Source: Malacoraja senta
Taxonomy: Eukaryota
Assembly: GCA_038087875.1 (NCBI GenBank)
Contig: CM075988.1
Coordinates: forward strand, 5,828,001 to 5,892,000
DNA: 64,000 bases
Reading direction: 5' to 3'
Shown: positions 24,201-35,910 of the stretch, in pieces
Numbering within the stretch: position 1 is the first letter of the stretch
How the letters are laid out: the number at the start of each line of letters is the position of its first letter
Position numbers and translations under genes: made by a program
The notes under the pieces: model-generated
The model's database searches: none
What the model was told of the DNA's origin: nothing
Seen by the model: only the letters and a program-made list of their open reading frames with translations

Positions 24201-27200
24201 CCTTTTCTCTTTTCTGCAGCTAAGAACGTTGCTGCAGAAATTGCTCTTCGACTATGTGAATCAGTGGCAAAAAAGTTGGAAGGAAAGGTGATGGGAACAT
24301 TCAGCAGTAAGTCGTATTTAGTTATAATATATCATGTCAGCCCATGTGACACCTTGTCATCTCACTTTAATTTATGATGGCAGTTTAAGAGATTAACTCT
24401 TCTAATTGTGTTCAGTTCATATATTTCATCACAGTTGTACTTGATCATTTAAATTAACCTTGCTTCACGTATAGAGCCTGGCTGGACACTTCATATTGGA
24501 GGATAATGTTGTAGGTGTTATACTCCAGCCCTGGGTGCCTTACAGATTTGTATGTGGATGAATAGTTGGATTTGGTCCATATTTTCCAGGTCTTGACGTA
24601 AATGTTATTGTCAAAGGACAGTATTGTACAGAAGGGTCGGTTGGTAGAAGACCGTTGCTTTGTAAAGGATGAGTACTCGGCGCATCTTGTATATGCTTCA
24701 ATGAAAACATTGTCAGTGGCTTAAAGTTAGCCAACGAGTGAATGCAAATGCAAGTGTCATCTCAATACTGAAGTTTGGATGAGCTTGTTCTTGAATCTAG
24801 TTGCAGCAAGGTAGATAGTTCCAAGATAGGTCTGAAGATTAGCAGACTTGCGAGTGAGGTACAGCATTGCAGTGAGAAAGGTTGGAAGCAAGTGTTGAGA
24901 CAGTGATGCGTGCTTGTGAACCACCAAATACCATTAAAATGTTTTTTTTTTAATGATTTTGGCGAAGGCTGAATTTTAATTTGAGTGCTTAATAAAGTTG
25001 ATGAAGTCAAAGTTTCAGTGAGACTGGAAAAAGGCCATTTAAAATGGCTGATGTTGCTACCTGCATTTCTTGGAATTTCTTGGCATGCAGTGAAGATGAC
25101 ATTGACTGTCCCTCTAGATGGATTAAATCCACATTGCAATTTCTGGAGCAACTCGTTGGCTGTTGGGAGGAAATGGTTGAGGAGATCCCTAGTGATAACC
25201 TAGTGACAGATAGCTGAAAGACCCCTCTAGTTACCAGAGTCAGGCCTGACTCTTTCCTAGAAGATGGTGTGATTGTGGCATCAGCGATCCCCTGTGACAA
25301 GGATGAAGAGGTTATGGATTGGTGACTTAAGCTCTCCACTGATGAATGTTAGAACTTCAGTGGGGATAGCCTCTGCTCCCAAGGTGCGCCATGTCCTTGA
25401 CAATAACATGTTGGAATCCGGCATACATGCTGATGTCTTCTTTTCTGTTTGTGTGTGTACATGGTATTCCTTGGTAAATATCAGGTACTCTACGAGTGCT
25501 GTGAGATGTCTTTCACTGGTGAAAGAAATGGGGTCATTTTCAGTTGGGGAAAACCCCCCTGAAATGCAGCTGGTGTGCATGGCATCTACAGTAGTTGTCA
25601 TTACAGCATTATTCTGAAGTAAGGAAGGGGAAACTATTTAGCCAGTGTTTCAATTGAAATAGCCTGTTTCCAAATACTAACTAACAAATGGATATAGTTT
25701 AGCCAAGTTGCCTCACTCTTCCCTCCATCCACCAAAAGATACAAGATTGGTCAACAACGTTTGTGTGGACTTGCTTGGGTAATCTGGCACCTTGGGCATG
25801 GTACTACAAGGTTGCTGTCAACTAGTACCTGGCACTTCAGAGTGGAAGGCTGGAGAAACCTCAAAGTTGTTTAAATGCTTGTCATTGATGTCGAACACCC
25901 TGCTAACTCGGCATTCTTCGTTGTACCCTTCAATAGCAGTGACATCCACAGTGAAGCAGGCCTTGCAAGATTCTCTGGTCCAGATCCTGCAGCCCAAGAG
26001 ACGTGTTGATATCTTGCGTGATGTTTTGGAAGCTCAGAAACACAAGCGGCCATTTGTCATTACTTTCTGCGGCGTGAATGGAGTTGGAAAGTCTACCAAC
26101 CTTGCCAAGGTCAGGCATAGATGAAATCTATTGAAGAGAAATCACTGTATGGTTCCACATTTGTCTCAAGCACCCTCACTTTCCCAATCCCCCACTGCGA
26201 CAAAACTCTTTAGCACAGGTATCTTTCTGCGATATGTTTGCATATCTGTTCCTCTCATTCCCACTTTCTAATGGGATGCATATGGTATAAATTGTTTTGG
26301 TGTTAATATTTTAAACCAGTATCTTGGTACTAAATCAATCATTGTGGAATTCATCATGATCATGCCTTTCAATCACCATTTATAGAATTCATGAAAGAGC
26401 ATTCTGTATTACATCAGAATTATTGCTCATTCTAATCCACTGTTGATACAAAGTTATTTTATATCACCAGCTATTTTTTTAATATAAAAGCACTTTGAAA
26501 TCTGGAAATACAAATGCTCAATTCTGGAAAGCTCCAGCAAAAGAGACCAGTCAGCAACTGAATGGGAACATTTTATCATTTGTGCCGTGTCCTTTGCTTC
26601 CTGCAGATCAGCTTCTGGCTGATGGAGAATGGATTTCGGGTTCTTATTGCTGCCTGCGACACGTTCCGAGCTGGAGCAGTGGAGCAGCTCAGAACTCACA
26701 CTCGCCGCCTGAATGCCCTGCACCCACCAGAGGAACACCATGGTCAAAGCATGGTCCAGCTCTTTGAGAAGGGATACGGGAAGGACGCTGCTAGCATCGC
26801 AATGGAGGCCGTTGCATTTTGTAATTTTTGGGGGGGAAAACATTGCTTTAGACCAGTTTTCAACTTTCCACGCTGTCTATACCTTCTCATACTTTGCCAA
26901 GCTATACTTATTTTATTAGTTATGCTGCTGGTCAATTTTTATCTCTATTGCAATGCAGGGGGGTGATTGTGCTATCATAGTTGCTAGTCGTTAGCAACAT
27001 CACTGAATTTGCTTTGCATTCTATTCCAATACTATTCTATTTTCTATATTTTAGTTAACGCTTTGTGTGGATTTTGCATGACCTGGTGCTTATAATTCTG
27101 AAGCTATTGGGGACTTGTGTTATCTACTATGACTCGGACTTAAAGAAATTTGGGTCTGCCTTTTGTTTATACATCTCTGGCCTATGTGTATATGGGAGTT

Positions 27201-30200
27201 TGGAATTAATATCGGTGTTGACAGAATTTTTATTATTCCTGTAATGTTTTGTTAGTATTTATTTACTGGACAATGAAGGGCATCTATGCAATACTTTTCT
27301 GAGATAAAAATTGGAATCCTTGGAGAAGGATATTCATTCAGATGCTCATTCAATTAAAGAACTTCACAAAACGTGTCTATAGTTAACTGGTGAATGCAAT
27401 TGGATGGATTACCCGAGCATTAGTAAGTTGAAGTATAGGCACTCAAACCTATACCTCCAGGTGCCAGTCCTCTTACAGCAGATCCAAGTTGTATGTTATG
27501 CCAATCTCATGCCTGTCCCTTTAGCCCCCCGGCCCAGCGGACAGTGCAGTCCAAACCCATGCACCAGTTGAACAAGCAGAATGTGTTAAACTAAAGTTCA
27601 AAGCTGAGTGTGTTAGTACATATACCGAAGCAAGGATTGACTTCTTATCTGAAGATTTGTGGGAATCATTTTCTCAAATCAAGTAATAGGCTAATGCCCA
27701 CAATAAGAATTTTTAATGTCAAATTTAAACAAAGATTAGCGCTTTATGATTCAGTTGGGCTTTATTTCTGAGCTATTTGGCTTGATCACTACCATTTAAT
27801 TTGATTTTTTTACAGGTGGAGATGTAATTTTAAAGTGTCCATTTCTTCCACAGCCCGAAATCAGAGCTTTGATGTGGTTTTAGTAGATACAGCAGGCCGT
27901 ATGCAGGATAACACCCCCTTAATGACTGCTCTTGCCAAACTCATTGCCATTAATATGCCAGATCTGGTACTATTTGTTGGTGAAGCATTGGTAGGGAATG
28001 AGGCAGTGGATCAGTTGGTGAGTATTGGTCACTGTTTATCACCCAAATCAGCTATTGCACTGGTTCTCTTTGCACAAAGCACCCCCTGTTTGACATATTC
28101 GTGGACTCCAGTTCACTGAGTACTGTTCAGTTATCGATATGTAATCAACCTTGAATTCCCTCCCCAACAGTACTGTCGAGTACCTTTAATCTGCAGTAAT
28201 CCAAGGCCACATGCTATCATTTTATGGGCAATATGCGATGGGCAATAAATCAACAACACTGAGATCTGTAAATGAATAAAGAAATCTTCACTCTTCTGAC
28301 AGACTTATTATCATATGGCTCTAAATATTCTCCATATTCTAGGTTTATAAGGGAAAGTTTAATTGTCATACCTTTTTTCTTTAAAAAAAAAACCATTTGA
28401 TAATGTGCAAAAATATCACCGAATTCTCTCTGTTACATTGACAACTGTATCAGTCCTACATCCTGCACCATTCATTGACTAACTCAAATTCACCTGGACC
28501 ATCTCGACACCTCCCTCCCCTTTCTTGATCTCATCGTCTCCTTCGCAGGAGACTGATGTCTATTACAAAGCTACTGACTCCCACAGCTATCTGGACTACA
28601 CTTTATCCTATCCTGCATTCTATCCCAATTCCTCAGTCTCCGTCACATCTGCCCCCAAGCTGAGGTGTTCCATACCATGACAGGCCGTCTGCAGGATATC
28701 ACTCCCTTAATGACTGCTCTTGCCAGATTGAGGCAACATGCAAATTGGAGGAATAGCACCTTATATGTCGCTTTGGCAGCTTACAACCCGTATGAACGTT
28801 GATTTATTTAATTTCTAGCAACCCCTGCATTCCCTCTCTCCCACCCTAGTCATCCTACTTGTTCCACTGTTTGCATCCTTGTATCCCTTTGTTATCATCT
28901 CTTCTCCAGCCAGCAATGGGCCATCACAGGGCCCACCCTTCCTTGGTTATCTGTTGCCGACCTTGATTTGTTCTGGCCTTTTCCTACCTCCAGTTCTCCC
29001 CCCTCTACTTTCAGTCTGAAGAAGGATTCCAAACTAAAACGTCACCCATCCTTTTTCTCCAGAGATGCTGCCTGACCTGCTGAGTTTCTCCAGCACTTTG
29101 TATTTATCATCTGATTTACTGAAATCCAACAATAAACCTGCATGGGCCAAAGCAATTGTCTGTCTGTTTGTAAATACTAACTCCACAATCTCTCCTCAGG
29201 TAAAATTTAACCAGGCTCTGGCTGACCATTCAATGGCTGAAAAGCCACGGCTGATTGATGGCATTGTGCTGACCAAATTTGATACAATTGATGATAAGGT
29301 AATGTTGCTGGGCATATGCGCAATGTTAAATATTAACTGTTTCCCTCTGCAGTTTGCTGAATATTTCTTGCATTTTCTGTATAATTTTATCTTCTACCTG
29401 ACTTTTGAACTCAGCAAAACAGCTGAAAGTAACAATGGAATATCACTCATACTTTTGCATAAGTACTTCAACCAAGGCCTCTAAGTGTAAACAGAAATTC
29501 TTTCACCAGTCATTTATGTTGCAGGTTGCTGTAAGCATAATTATCTTCAACTTTGATCTGGAGTGAACTTGTTGCTGTGCTACACTTTGAACAGTGTCTG
29601 CATTGCTGGGAACAAATACCAGAAAATAATGGCATTTCTTGGCTCTTAAATTAGATGGGTATATTGAGAGAAACAAGCAATTTCCTGTGTGTTTTTACAG
29701 GAAAATCTTCCCCACTTTTGTGCCATGACACTTTAAAAATTGAAATTGAGTCATGTATACATGTAATTTATATAGAGCCTTTCACACAGCTCATTACAAA
29801 ATGAATCGGCTTCTTTGGAAGCTTCGCCCCTGGTGCAATAAAACAGTTGGTTTAGAGGGAATTTAGTTTAGAGATACAGCGTGGAAACGGGTCCTTCAGC
29901 CCACCAAGTCTATGCTGGCAGCGATCACCCCATGCACTAGCACTACCTTACACATTAGGGAAAATGTATTATTTTACCAAAGCCAATTAACCTACAAAGT
30001 CGTGTGTCTTTGGAGTGTGCGAGGAAACTGGAGCACCCGTAGACAACCCATGTGGTCACAGGGAGAATGTATAAACTCCGTGCAGACAGCACCTGTAGTC
30101 AGGATCGAACCGGGTTCTCTGGTGTTATAAGGCAGCAACTCTAACTGACGTGGAGGTGGTTTGAATACCTTGTTTTTGTCTATGCATTACCAAATGTTTT

Positions 30201-30364
30201 TTGGTGCTCTACATTTTTTTCACTTTCTCCTGCAGGTTGGTGCTGCCATTTCTATGACCTACATCACTGGCCAACCAATAGTCTTTGTTGGAACAGGACA
30301 GACCTACAATGACCTGCGCAGCCTCAATGCCAAGGCTGTTGTCAGTGCCCTGATGAAGGCTTAA
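12163..30364 (+). CDS. SRPRA: Signal recognition particle receptor subunit alpha, exons 2-14 (exon 1 not visible)
   Basis: 13 phase-compatible GT-AG exons. Longin-domain N-terminus ([23 protein letters not shown]), SRP-GTPase motifs [21 protein letters not shown] and TKFD, and C-terminus VVSALMKA*. Confidence 0.97.
12860..13505 (+). mobile_element. Degenerate CR1 fragment
   Basis: gcacttggagtgttgtgttcattttggtcacc ([13 protein letters not shown]). Confidence 0.6.
14441..14604 (+). CDS. SRPRA: SRPRA exon 3
   Basis: [27 protein letters not shown]...; cag|...|gtaaat. Confidence 0.93.
14745..16122 (+). mobile_element. L2-clade LINE, 5'-truncated, young
   Basis: RT motifs [31 protein letters not shown] and C-terminal LHWLPV. 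One in-frame stop at 15630-32. (GACTT)n tail. Confidence 0.9.
17463..17605 (+). CDS. SRPRA: SRPRA exon 4
   Basis: [32 protein letters not shown]...; tag|...|gtaagt. Confidence 0.9.
17740..18330 (+). mobile_element. Older Penelope-like 3' remnant
   Basis: [13 protein letters not shown] segment followed by a gatgctggctgacctgttgagtattttcagca terminal motif. Confidence 0.45.
18756..19055 (-). mobile_element. tRNA-derived SINE copy
   Basis: Same family. Confidence 0.75.
20480..21245 (+). mobile_element. Rex1/Babar-type LINE 3' fragment
   Basis: [29 protein letters not shown]. Confidence 0.7.
21548..21722 (+). CDS. SRPRA: SRPRA exon 5
   Basis: ...[21 protein letters not shown]...; long polypyrimidine acceptor, donor gtgagg. 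Confidence 0.85.
22232..22388 (+). CDS. SRPRA: SRPRA exon 6 (tandem NAGNAG acceptor, start 22232 or 22235)
   Basis: KSPK...RVWPLD...KELDYS; donor gtatgt. Confidence 0.82.
23667..23842 (+). CDS. SRPRA: SRPRA exon 7 (poly-Glu)
   Basis: [19 protein letters not shown]+acidic run; cag|...|gtatat, phases fit the neighbouring exons. Confidence 0.85.
23981..24099 (+). CDS. SRPRA: SRPRA exon 8
   Basis: [19 protein letters not shown]...[10 protein letters not shown]. Confidence 0.93.
24220..24306 (+). CDS. SRPRA: SRPRA exon 9
   Basis: [28 protein letters not shown]. Confidence 0.94.
24470..25620 (-). mobile_element. Old RTE-clade LINE remnant
   Basis: [15 protein letters not shown] and GAEAIPTEV resemble RTE RT motifs. 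Confidence 0.55.
25937..26109 (+). CDS. SRPRA: SRPRA exon 10
   Basis: [13 protein letters not shown]...[15 protein letters not shown] (P-loop). Confidence 0.95.
26607..26820 (+). CDS. SRPRA: SRPRA exon 11
   Basis: [10 protein letters not shown]...[13 protein letters not shown]...MEAVAF. Confidence 0.94.
27854..28017 (+). CDS. SRPRA: SRPRA exon 12
   Basis: [19 protein letters not shown]...GNEAVDQL. Confidence 0.95.
28440..29110 (+). mobile_element. Penelope-like element remnant (RT thumb, GIY-YIG C-terminus, 3' terminal repeat)
   Basis: Degenerate frames read [31 protein letters not shown] and [15 protein letters not shown], followed by the hammerhead-bearing repeat at about 29016. Confidence 0.7.
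29200..29298 (+). CDS. SRPRA: SRPRA exon 13
   Basis: [33 protein letters not shown]. Confidence 0.95.
29862..30150 (-). mobile_element. tRNA-derived SINE copy
   Basis: Same family. Confidence 0.75.
30236..30364 (+). CDS. SRPRA: SRPRA exon 14 (terminal, with stop)
   Basis: [42 protein letters not shown]. Confidence 0.95.
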   Translation, partial: VGAAISMTYITGQPIVFVGTGQTYNDLRSLNAKAVVSALMKA

Positions 30365-30645
30365 GTATCTGCTTTACAACACTCTTAGCGCACCCCAGTG
30401 CCACTAAATTCTCCAACGTCAGCCCATCACTGATTTTTCTGTGCATAATGGAGGATTATTGATTATGTTGTGTGGAATCACCTGTTGGCATTGCAACTTC
30501 TCCAGCATTGTTCAGTCTGCTGCATTTCCTTCCCGGTGTTTTTTTTAAATAAGTACGCAGAGGATGTCATCACATCACCAGTCAAGGAAAGAGAAAAACT
30601 GCTTTTCCTTTTTTTTTTTTTTTATAAGTCTTTAATTCTTAGTGC

Positions 30646-30710
30646 AATAAACTTGAGTATCGGCTGCCTGTGAATTACAGAGAAAATGTAAAGAGAATTT
30701 ATTAAATAAA
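30646..30710 (+). terminator. Candidate SRPRA polyadenylation signals
   Basis: AATAAA at 30646 and 30705, followed by GT-rich sequence (ttgttggctgtgg...ttgtgtt). Confidence 0.55.
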
Positions 30711-30783
30711 GCTGCTATCATTGTTGGCTGTGGTCATCTGTTGTGTTCAGTTGCAAGGTGTAAATGGAATGGCTGCTTTATAA

Positions 30784-30931
30784 AAATGTATTCAACATAC
30801 AGAAATAGGGTGCAGGAAAGTTTAAAAACAAAATTTTAGGCGCATAGACAATAGGAACCTTTTTTGTCTATGCGCCTAAAATTTTGTTTTTAAACTTTCC
30901 TGCACCCTATTTCTGTATGTTGAATACATTT
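30784..30931. repeat. Perfect 68-bp inverted repeat with 12-nt spacer
   Basis: 30784-30851 is the exact reverse complement of 30864-30931. Confidence 0.95.
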
Positions 30932-32945
30932 CTATAGTATAGACCACAGCTTTAAGGTGAGGGCAAGTTTTTTTTTAAAGAGGGTGATGAGTGCCTGGAA
31001 TATGCTGCTAGGGATGGCGGTGGAGGCAGCAGATACGATAGTGCAATATTAGAGACTTGGATAACATGGAAATGTGGGGAATGAAGAGATATGAATTATG
31101 TGCAAACAGATAGTTGGTCAACAGCATGTTCAGCCATATCACGTGCAGGCAATGAGATTAGTTTAACTTGGCATCATGGTTGGCACAGAGTGGGCCAAAG
31201 GGCCTGTTCCTGTGCTGTCCTGTTATATGTTCTAGAAATCACTGGCTGTGCAGCTCAGTAGAGCAACTAATTTATTGTTTGGCTTGGTGTTAATGCAATT
31301 GCAAGGAACTGCAGATGCTGGATAAAAAAAGGTGCTGAAATAACTCGGGTCAGGCTGCATCTCTGGAGGACACGGATGTGACATTGCAGGTCACAACCCT
31401 TGAGACTAGGGTCCTGATGTGAAATATCACCTATCTGTTCTCTAGAGATGATTTCTGATCTGCTGATTTACTCAAGCTCCAGCAGAAGAAAAGCAGAGCT
31501 TGGGTTAAGTTCAAATTGAATACCTGAGAAAGCATCCAAGAAGAATTTCATCAGCATTGTGAAAGAGCTGCCACTTAGAATAGCTTGACATTGTTGGATT
31601 TAAAGCTATTGGAATTCATTTATTCCAATAAAGTTTTAATCATGTATTCTTCCACATATGCTGTCCCCTATGGAATGCTCTTTTGGACCAGGCATGTCTT
31701 AAATTTCATGGTATGGATCTGGCTATATTGAGTTATAGAGCTAGAAACTGCATATGCTGGTTTGCACAAAAGGACACAACGTGGTGGAGTAACAATTATC
31801 AGTGATGTTTCAGGTCAGAAACCTTCAGACTCGAGCTAGTTTGGCTTCTGGTGATTTCATCAGCTAGCTTAAGCTGGTTAACTATTAGAACAACTAGAAA
31901 TCTCAGGTGCTTTAATAAAGTTTTTTTGCTGTTCAGTCCCAAGATCAGAGAATTCCAAGTCCCATAATTGCAGTCCCAAGATCAGATCAAGTCCCATAAC
32001 TACTTTCCTGAACTGGGTTAAAGCATTGCTGGAGTGTGTCCAGGCTTTGATCTTTGGCTCCTAAAACCAGGAATTTAGTTGTGTCTACCCATACCTTGTA
32101 CACCAACAGGAGCATGTCTGCTCTCCAGGGGACATATGGTAACATTTGGTGCATATATGCATTGTTTAGCTTGGTATCACATAGTACACAGACATAGTGA
32201 GTCTGTACTGTTTTATGTTCTGGAAATCAGAGCCCAATATTGGCAAAGCAAGCTTCATGCTATCTGTACTTTTTATTTGATAGAAATGTAATTTGAGTAC
32301 ACAAAATACCAACTATGCTTGTGCCTAGTAACTAGCAGAGGGTCCATAGCAGCAAGGTAAATCAAGAACACATTCCAAATTACTATAAATCATCTGCCAT
32401 AGGCAGAAGTTTCCATTAAAATTCAGGCCATGAACTCCAGGGAAATAGGAATGTGTCTAAATACATAGTACCCCAAATTTTTGCCTTTGATTTTTGTAAC
32501 TAATTATTTCCAGGTACCAATCTTCCCCAAAAGGATTTGCAGCAAGAAAATATTTCCTTGATTCAATATTAAGTTTCTTGCCAAGTTGTTCTGCAAAATA
32601 TCACAGTACTGTCATATCATTAAATGATTTTTAATAAAATATTCTGTACAGAAGTCACTTAACAGTAAAAATTGCTACACCAAAATGAACTAGAATTGCA
32701 AGTTATCACAGTTGGTAGAATTCATTGATGCTGTACATAACATCCAGCTCTCTGAGCAAAAATGAAATTCAAGTTGAAGTTTGATGTGGTGATCTTGGAG
32801 TGGATCAGTACAGTTCCAAGAAAACAACGTCCACTGTACATTTATGTCAGTTATGGTAACCAGTATTGGCCTCCTGGGTGGCTGTCAGTTACTGTGTATT
32901 CCTGCTGGGTTGTGCACCAACAATGTTAAAAAGGTAAGCAAACAC

Positions 32946-32989
32946 TCATCTCCCCAGTTTTATTTCATCTTCTGTTTCCATTCTCTGGT
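32946..32989 (-). CDS. FAM118B: Candidate FAM118B terminal exon B (DQRMETEDEIKLGR*)
   Basis: Strong polypyrimidine acceptor ctgtctttctctcttgcctag, phase 1 fits; no homology support. Confidence 0.3.
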
Positions 32990-33212
32990 CTAGGCAAGAG
33001 AGAAAGACAGTGAATAGTGCTTCCAACTGAATACAATCACTACCTACATTTACTTAGGGTGCTCGGAGCTGGTTCCTGTTTGCAGTATAGTGCCATGGTT
33101 TTCAATCCCATTCAATCCAGTATAGTGCCATGGTTTTCAATCCTATTCTGCTCTACACTTAAAACAAGGCCAGAAAATTAAGGAACAGCACCTCACGTGA
33201 CAGGGTGCAATA

Positions 33213-34820
33213 CAGTGGCTTGCAAAAGTATTCATACCCCTTGAACTTTTACACATTTTGTCACGTTACAACCACAAACGTAAATGTATTTTATTGGGAT
33301 TTTATGTGATAGACCAACACAAAGTGGCGCATAATTGTGAAGTGGAAGGAAAATGATACATGGTTTTCAAATTTTTTTTTTTAAATAAAAAAATGAAAAG
33401 TGTCGCGTGCAAAAGTATTCAGCCCCCTTTACTCTGATACCCCTAAATAAAATCCAGTGCAACCAATTGCCTTCAGAAGTCACCTAATTAGTAAATAGAG
33501 TCCACTTGTGTGTAATCTAATCTCAGTATAAATGCAGCTGTTCTGTGAAGGCCTCAGAGGTTTGTTAGAGAACATTAGTGAACAAACAGCATCATGAAGC
33601 CCAAGGAACACACCAGACAGGTCAGGGATAAAGTTGTGGAGAAGTTTAAAGCAGGGTTAGGTTATAAAAAAATATCCCAAGCTTTGAACATCTCACAGAG
33701 CACTGTTCAATCCATCATCCGAAAATGGAAAGAGTATGGCACAACTGCAAACCTACCAAGACATGGCCGTCCACCTAAACTGACAGGCCGGGCAAGGAGA
33801 GCATTGATCAGAGAAGCAGCCAAGAGGCCCATGGTAACTCTGGAGGAGCTGCAGAGATCCACAGCTCAGGTGGGAGAATCTGTCCACAGGACAACTATTA
33901 GTCATGCACTCCACAAATCGGGCCTTTATGGAAGAGTGGCAAGAAGAAAGCCATAAGAAGTCCTGTTTGCAGTTTGCCACAAGCCATGTGGGGGACACAG
34001 CAAACATGTGGAGGAAGGTGCTCTGGTCAGATGAGACCAAAATTGAAGTTTTTGGCCTAAATGCAAAACGCTATGTGTGGCGGAAACCTAACACTGCACA
34101 TCACCCTGAACACACCATCCCTACTGTGAAACATGGTGGTGGCAGCATCATGCTGTGGGGATGCTTTTCTTCAGCAGGGACAGGGAAGCTGGTCAGAGTT
34201 GATGGGAAGATGGATGGAGCCAAATACAGGGCAATCTTGGAAGAAAACCTGTTAGAGTCTGCAAAAGACTTGAGACTGGGGCGGAGGTTCACCTTCCAGC
34301 AGGACAACGACCCTAAACATACAGCCAGAGCTACAATGGAATGGTTTAGATCAAAGCATATTCATGTGTTAGAATGGCCCAGTCAAAGTCCAGACCTAAA
34401 TCCAATTGAGAATCTCTGGCAAGACTTGAAAATTGCTGTTCACAGACGCTCTCCATCCAATCTGACTGAGCTTGAGCTATTTTGCAAAGAAGAATGGGCA
34501 AAAATTTCAGTCTCTAGAGGTGCAAAGCTGGTAGAGTCATACCCCAAAAGACTTGCAGCTGTAATTGCAGCGAAAGGTGGTTCTACTCAGGGGGGCTGAA
34601 TTGACTCAAGGGGGCTGAATACTTTTGCACGTGACACTTCAGTTTTTTATTTGTAAAAAAATTTGAAAACCATGTATCATTTTCCTTCCACTTCACAATT
34701 ATGCACCACTTTGTGTTGGTCTATCACATAAAATCCCAATAAAATACATTTACGTTTGTGGTTGTAACGTGACAAAATGTGGAAAAGTTCAAGGGGTATG
34801 AAAACGTTTGCATGCCACTG
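33213..34820 (+). mobile_element. Tc1/mariner DD34E transposon, Passport-like, full length with frameshifted transposase
   Basis: TA duplications at 33211-12 and 34821-22. About 210-bp inverted terminal repeats (CAGTGG...) with inner repeats of the terminal motif. Transposase MKPKEH...GRVARRKP / WSDETK...QQDNDPKH...SPDLNPIE with 34 residues between the second D and E. Confidence 0.95.
33594..34599 (+). pseudogene. Tc1 transposase pseudogene (one frameshift near 33950, altered last codons)
   Basis: Two overlapping ORFs, 33594-33956 and 33904-34599. Confidence 0.9.
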
Positions 34821-35299
34821 TATATCCTTCTGAACATAATGAATTTTACAACTTTAAATAACTTGCTATTTGCATCAGAACTGACCAGTCCTGCTATAGG
34901 ATATTGATTCTCAGCAGCAAGCTTCATTTAAACTAGATTTGTAAAGAAATTGTGACACTGATCCCATCAAGCCTCAATTTTCTCCCAACCACATGCTGAT
35001 CTACAATCCTAAACCCACTCATCCAAAACCCATGTTTGTATCCTATCAGTCTACATCTGATCATCTTAATAAATAAAATTCAAGAGTTGTCCTAATGTAC
35101 AGATAGAATCTAAATTTACAGCAGCAGGACGCCATTCCATTGTGTCTGTGTTGATTATTAATGGAGAACATCAGTCTAATCCTGTCTCCCAGCACATGGT
35201 CCATGGCTCTGCACATCCATAGCCAAGTATTAACAATATCCTAGCAGAGTCCTAAACAGATGAGCCTGGATCAGTGCTTGGGATTAATGCAGCCATTGT

Positions 35300-35910
35300 G
35301 AAAATGTGGTTGCAAGTGGGACATAACAGGCAGCTCAATGTTCTAGGGTTTCGATGTTTCCGATGTGATAGTGAGGTGGTGGAGATGTTCTACTGATCAG
35401 TGAGACTGTCCAGGCAGGACTCAGAGAAGACATACTGGAGGGTTTTTCATGCAGGCAATTAGAGGGGCCTGGAAATGGCTTTGGTGAGCAGGATTATAGA
35501 ACATTTCAAGGCCTTTTATACCTATATTAAAGACATGAGGGTATTCAGGAAGAAGGTAGGACCGCTAAAAGCTAAGGGTGAATTGGTGCTTGGGGTCTAT
35601 GCATGAAGGTGAGGTACTAAATGAGTACTTTGTAGCTGATTTAACCAAGGAGAAAGACATAGCAAACAGTGAGATCAGTGTGGAGAATACTAATATGCAC
35701 GGTCAATTTGAGATTGAGGTGGTGGTGTTGGGGGCTCTTGAAGAGCATTAAGATGGATAAATCTTCAGGGCCTGATGTGATCTATCCCAGATTGTTGAGA
35801 GAGTCAAGAGAGGGGATAGCAAGAACCTTGACAAAGATCATAATGTCTTCTCTAGCCACAGGTAAGGATCAGAGGGCTGGAGTAGCTAATGATGTTCCTT
35901 TGTCGAAGGG
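35300..35910 (+). mobile_element. Degenerate CR1 internal fragment
   Basis: DKSSGPDVIYPRLLRE, ANDVPL. Confidence 0.6.

Noticed and set aside
12163..30364. U12-type introns or intronic snoRNAs in SRPRA
   Set aside because: No RTATCCT donors at the mapped junctions and no convincing C/D or H/ACA box structure seen.
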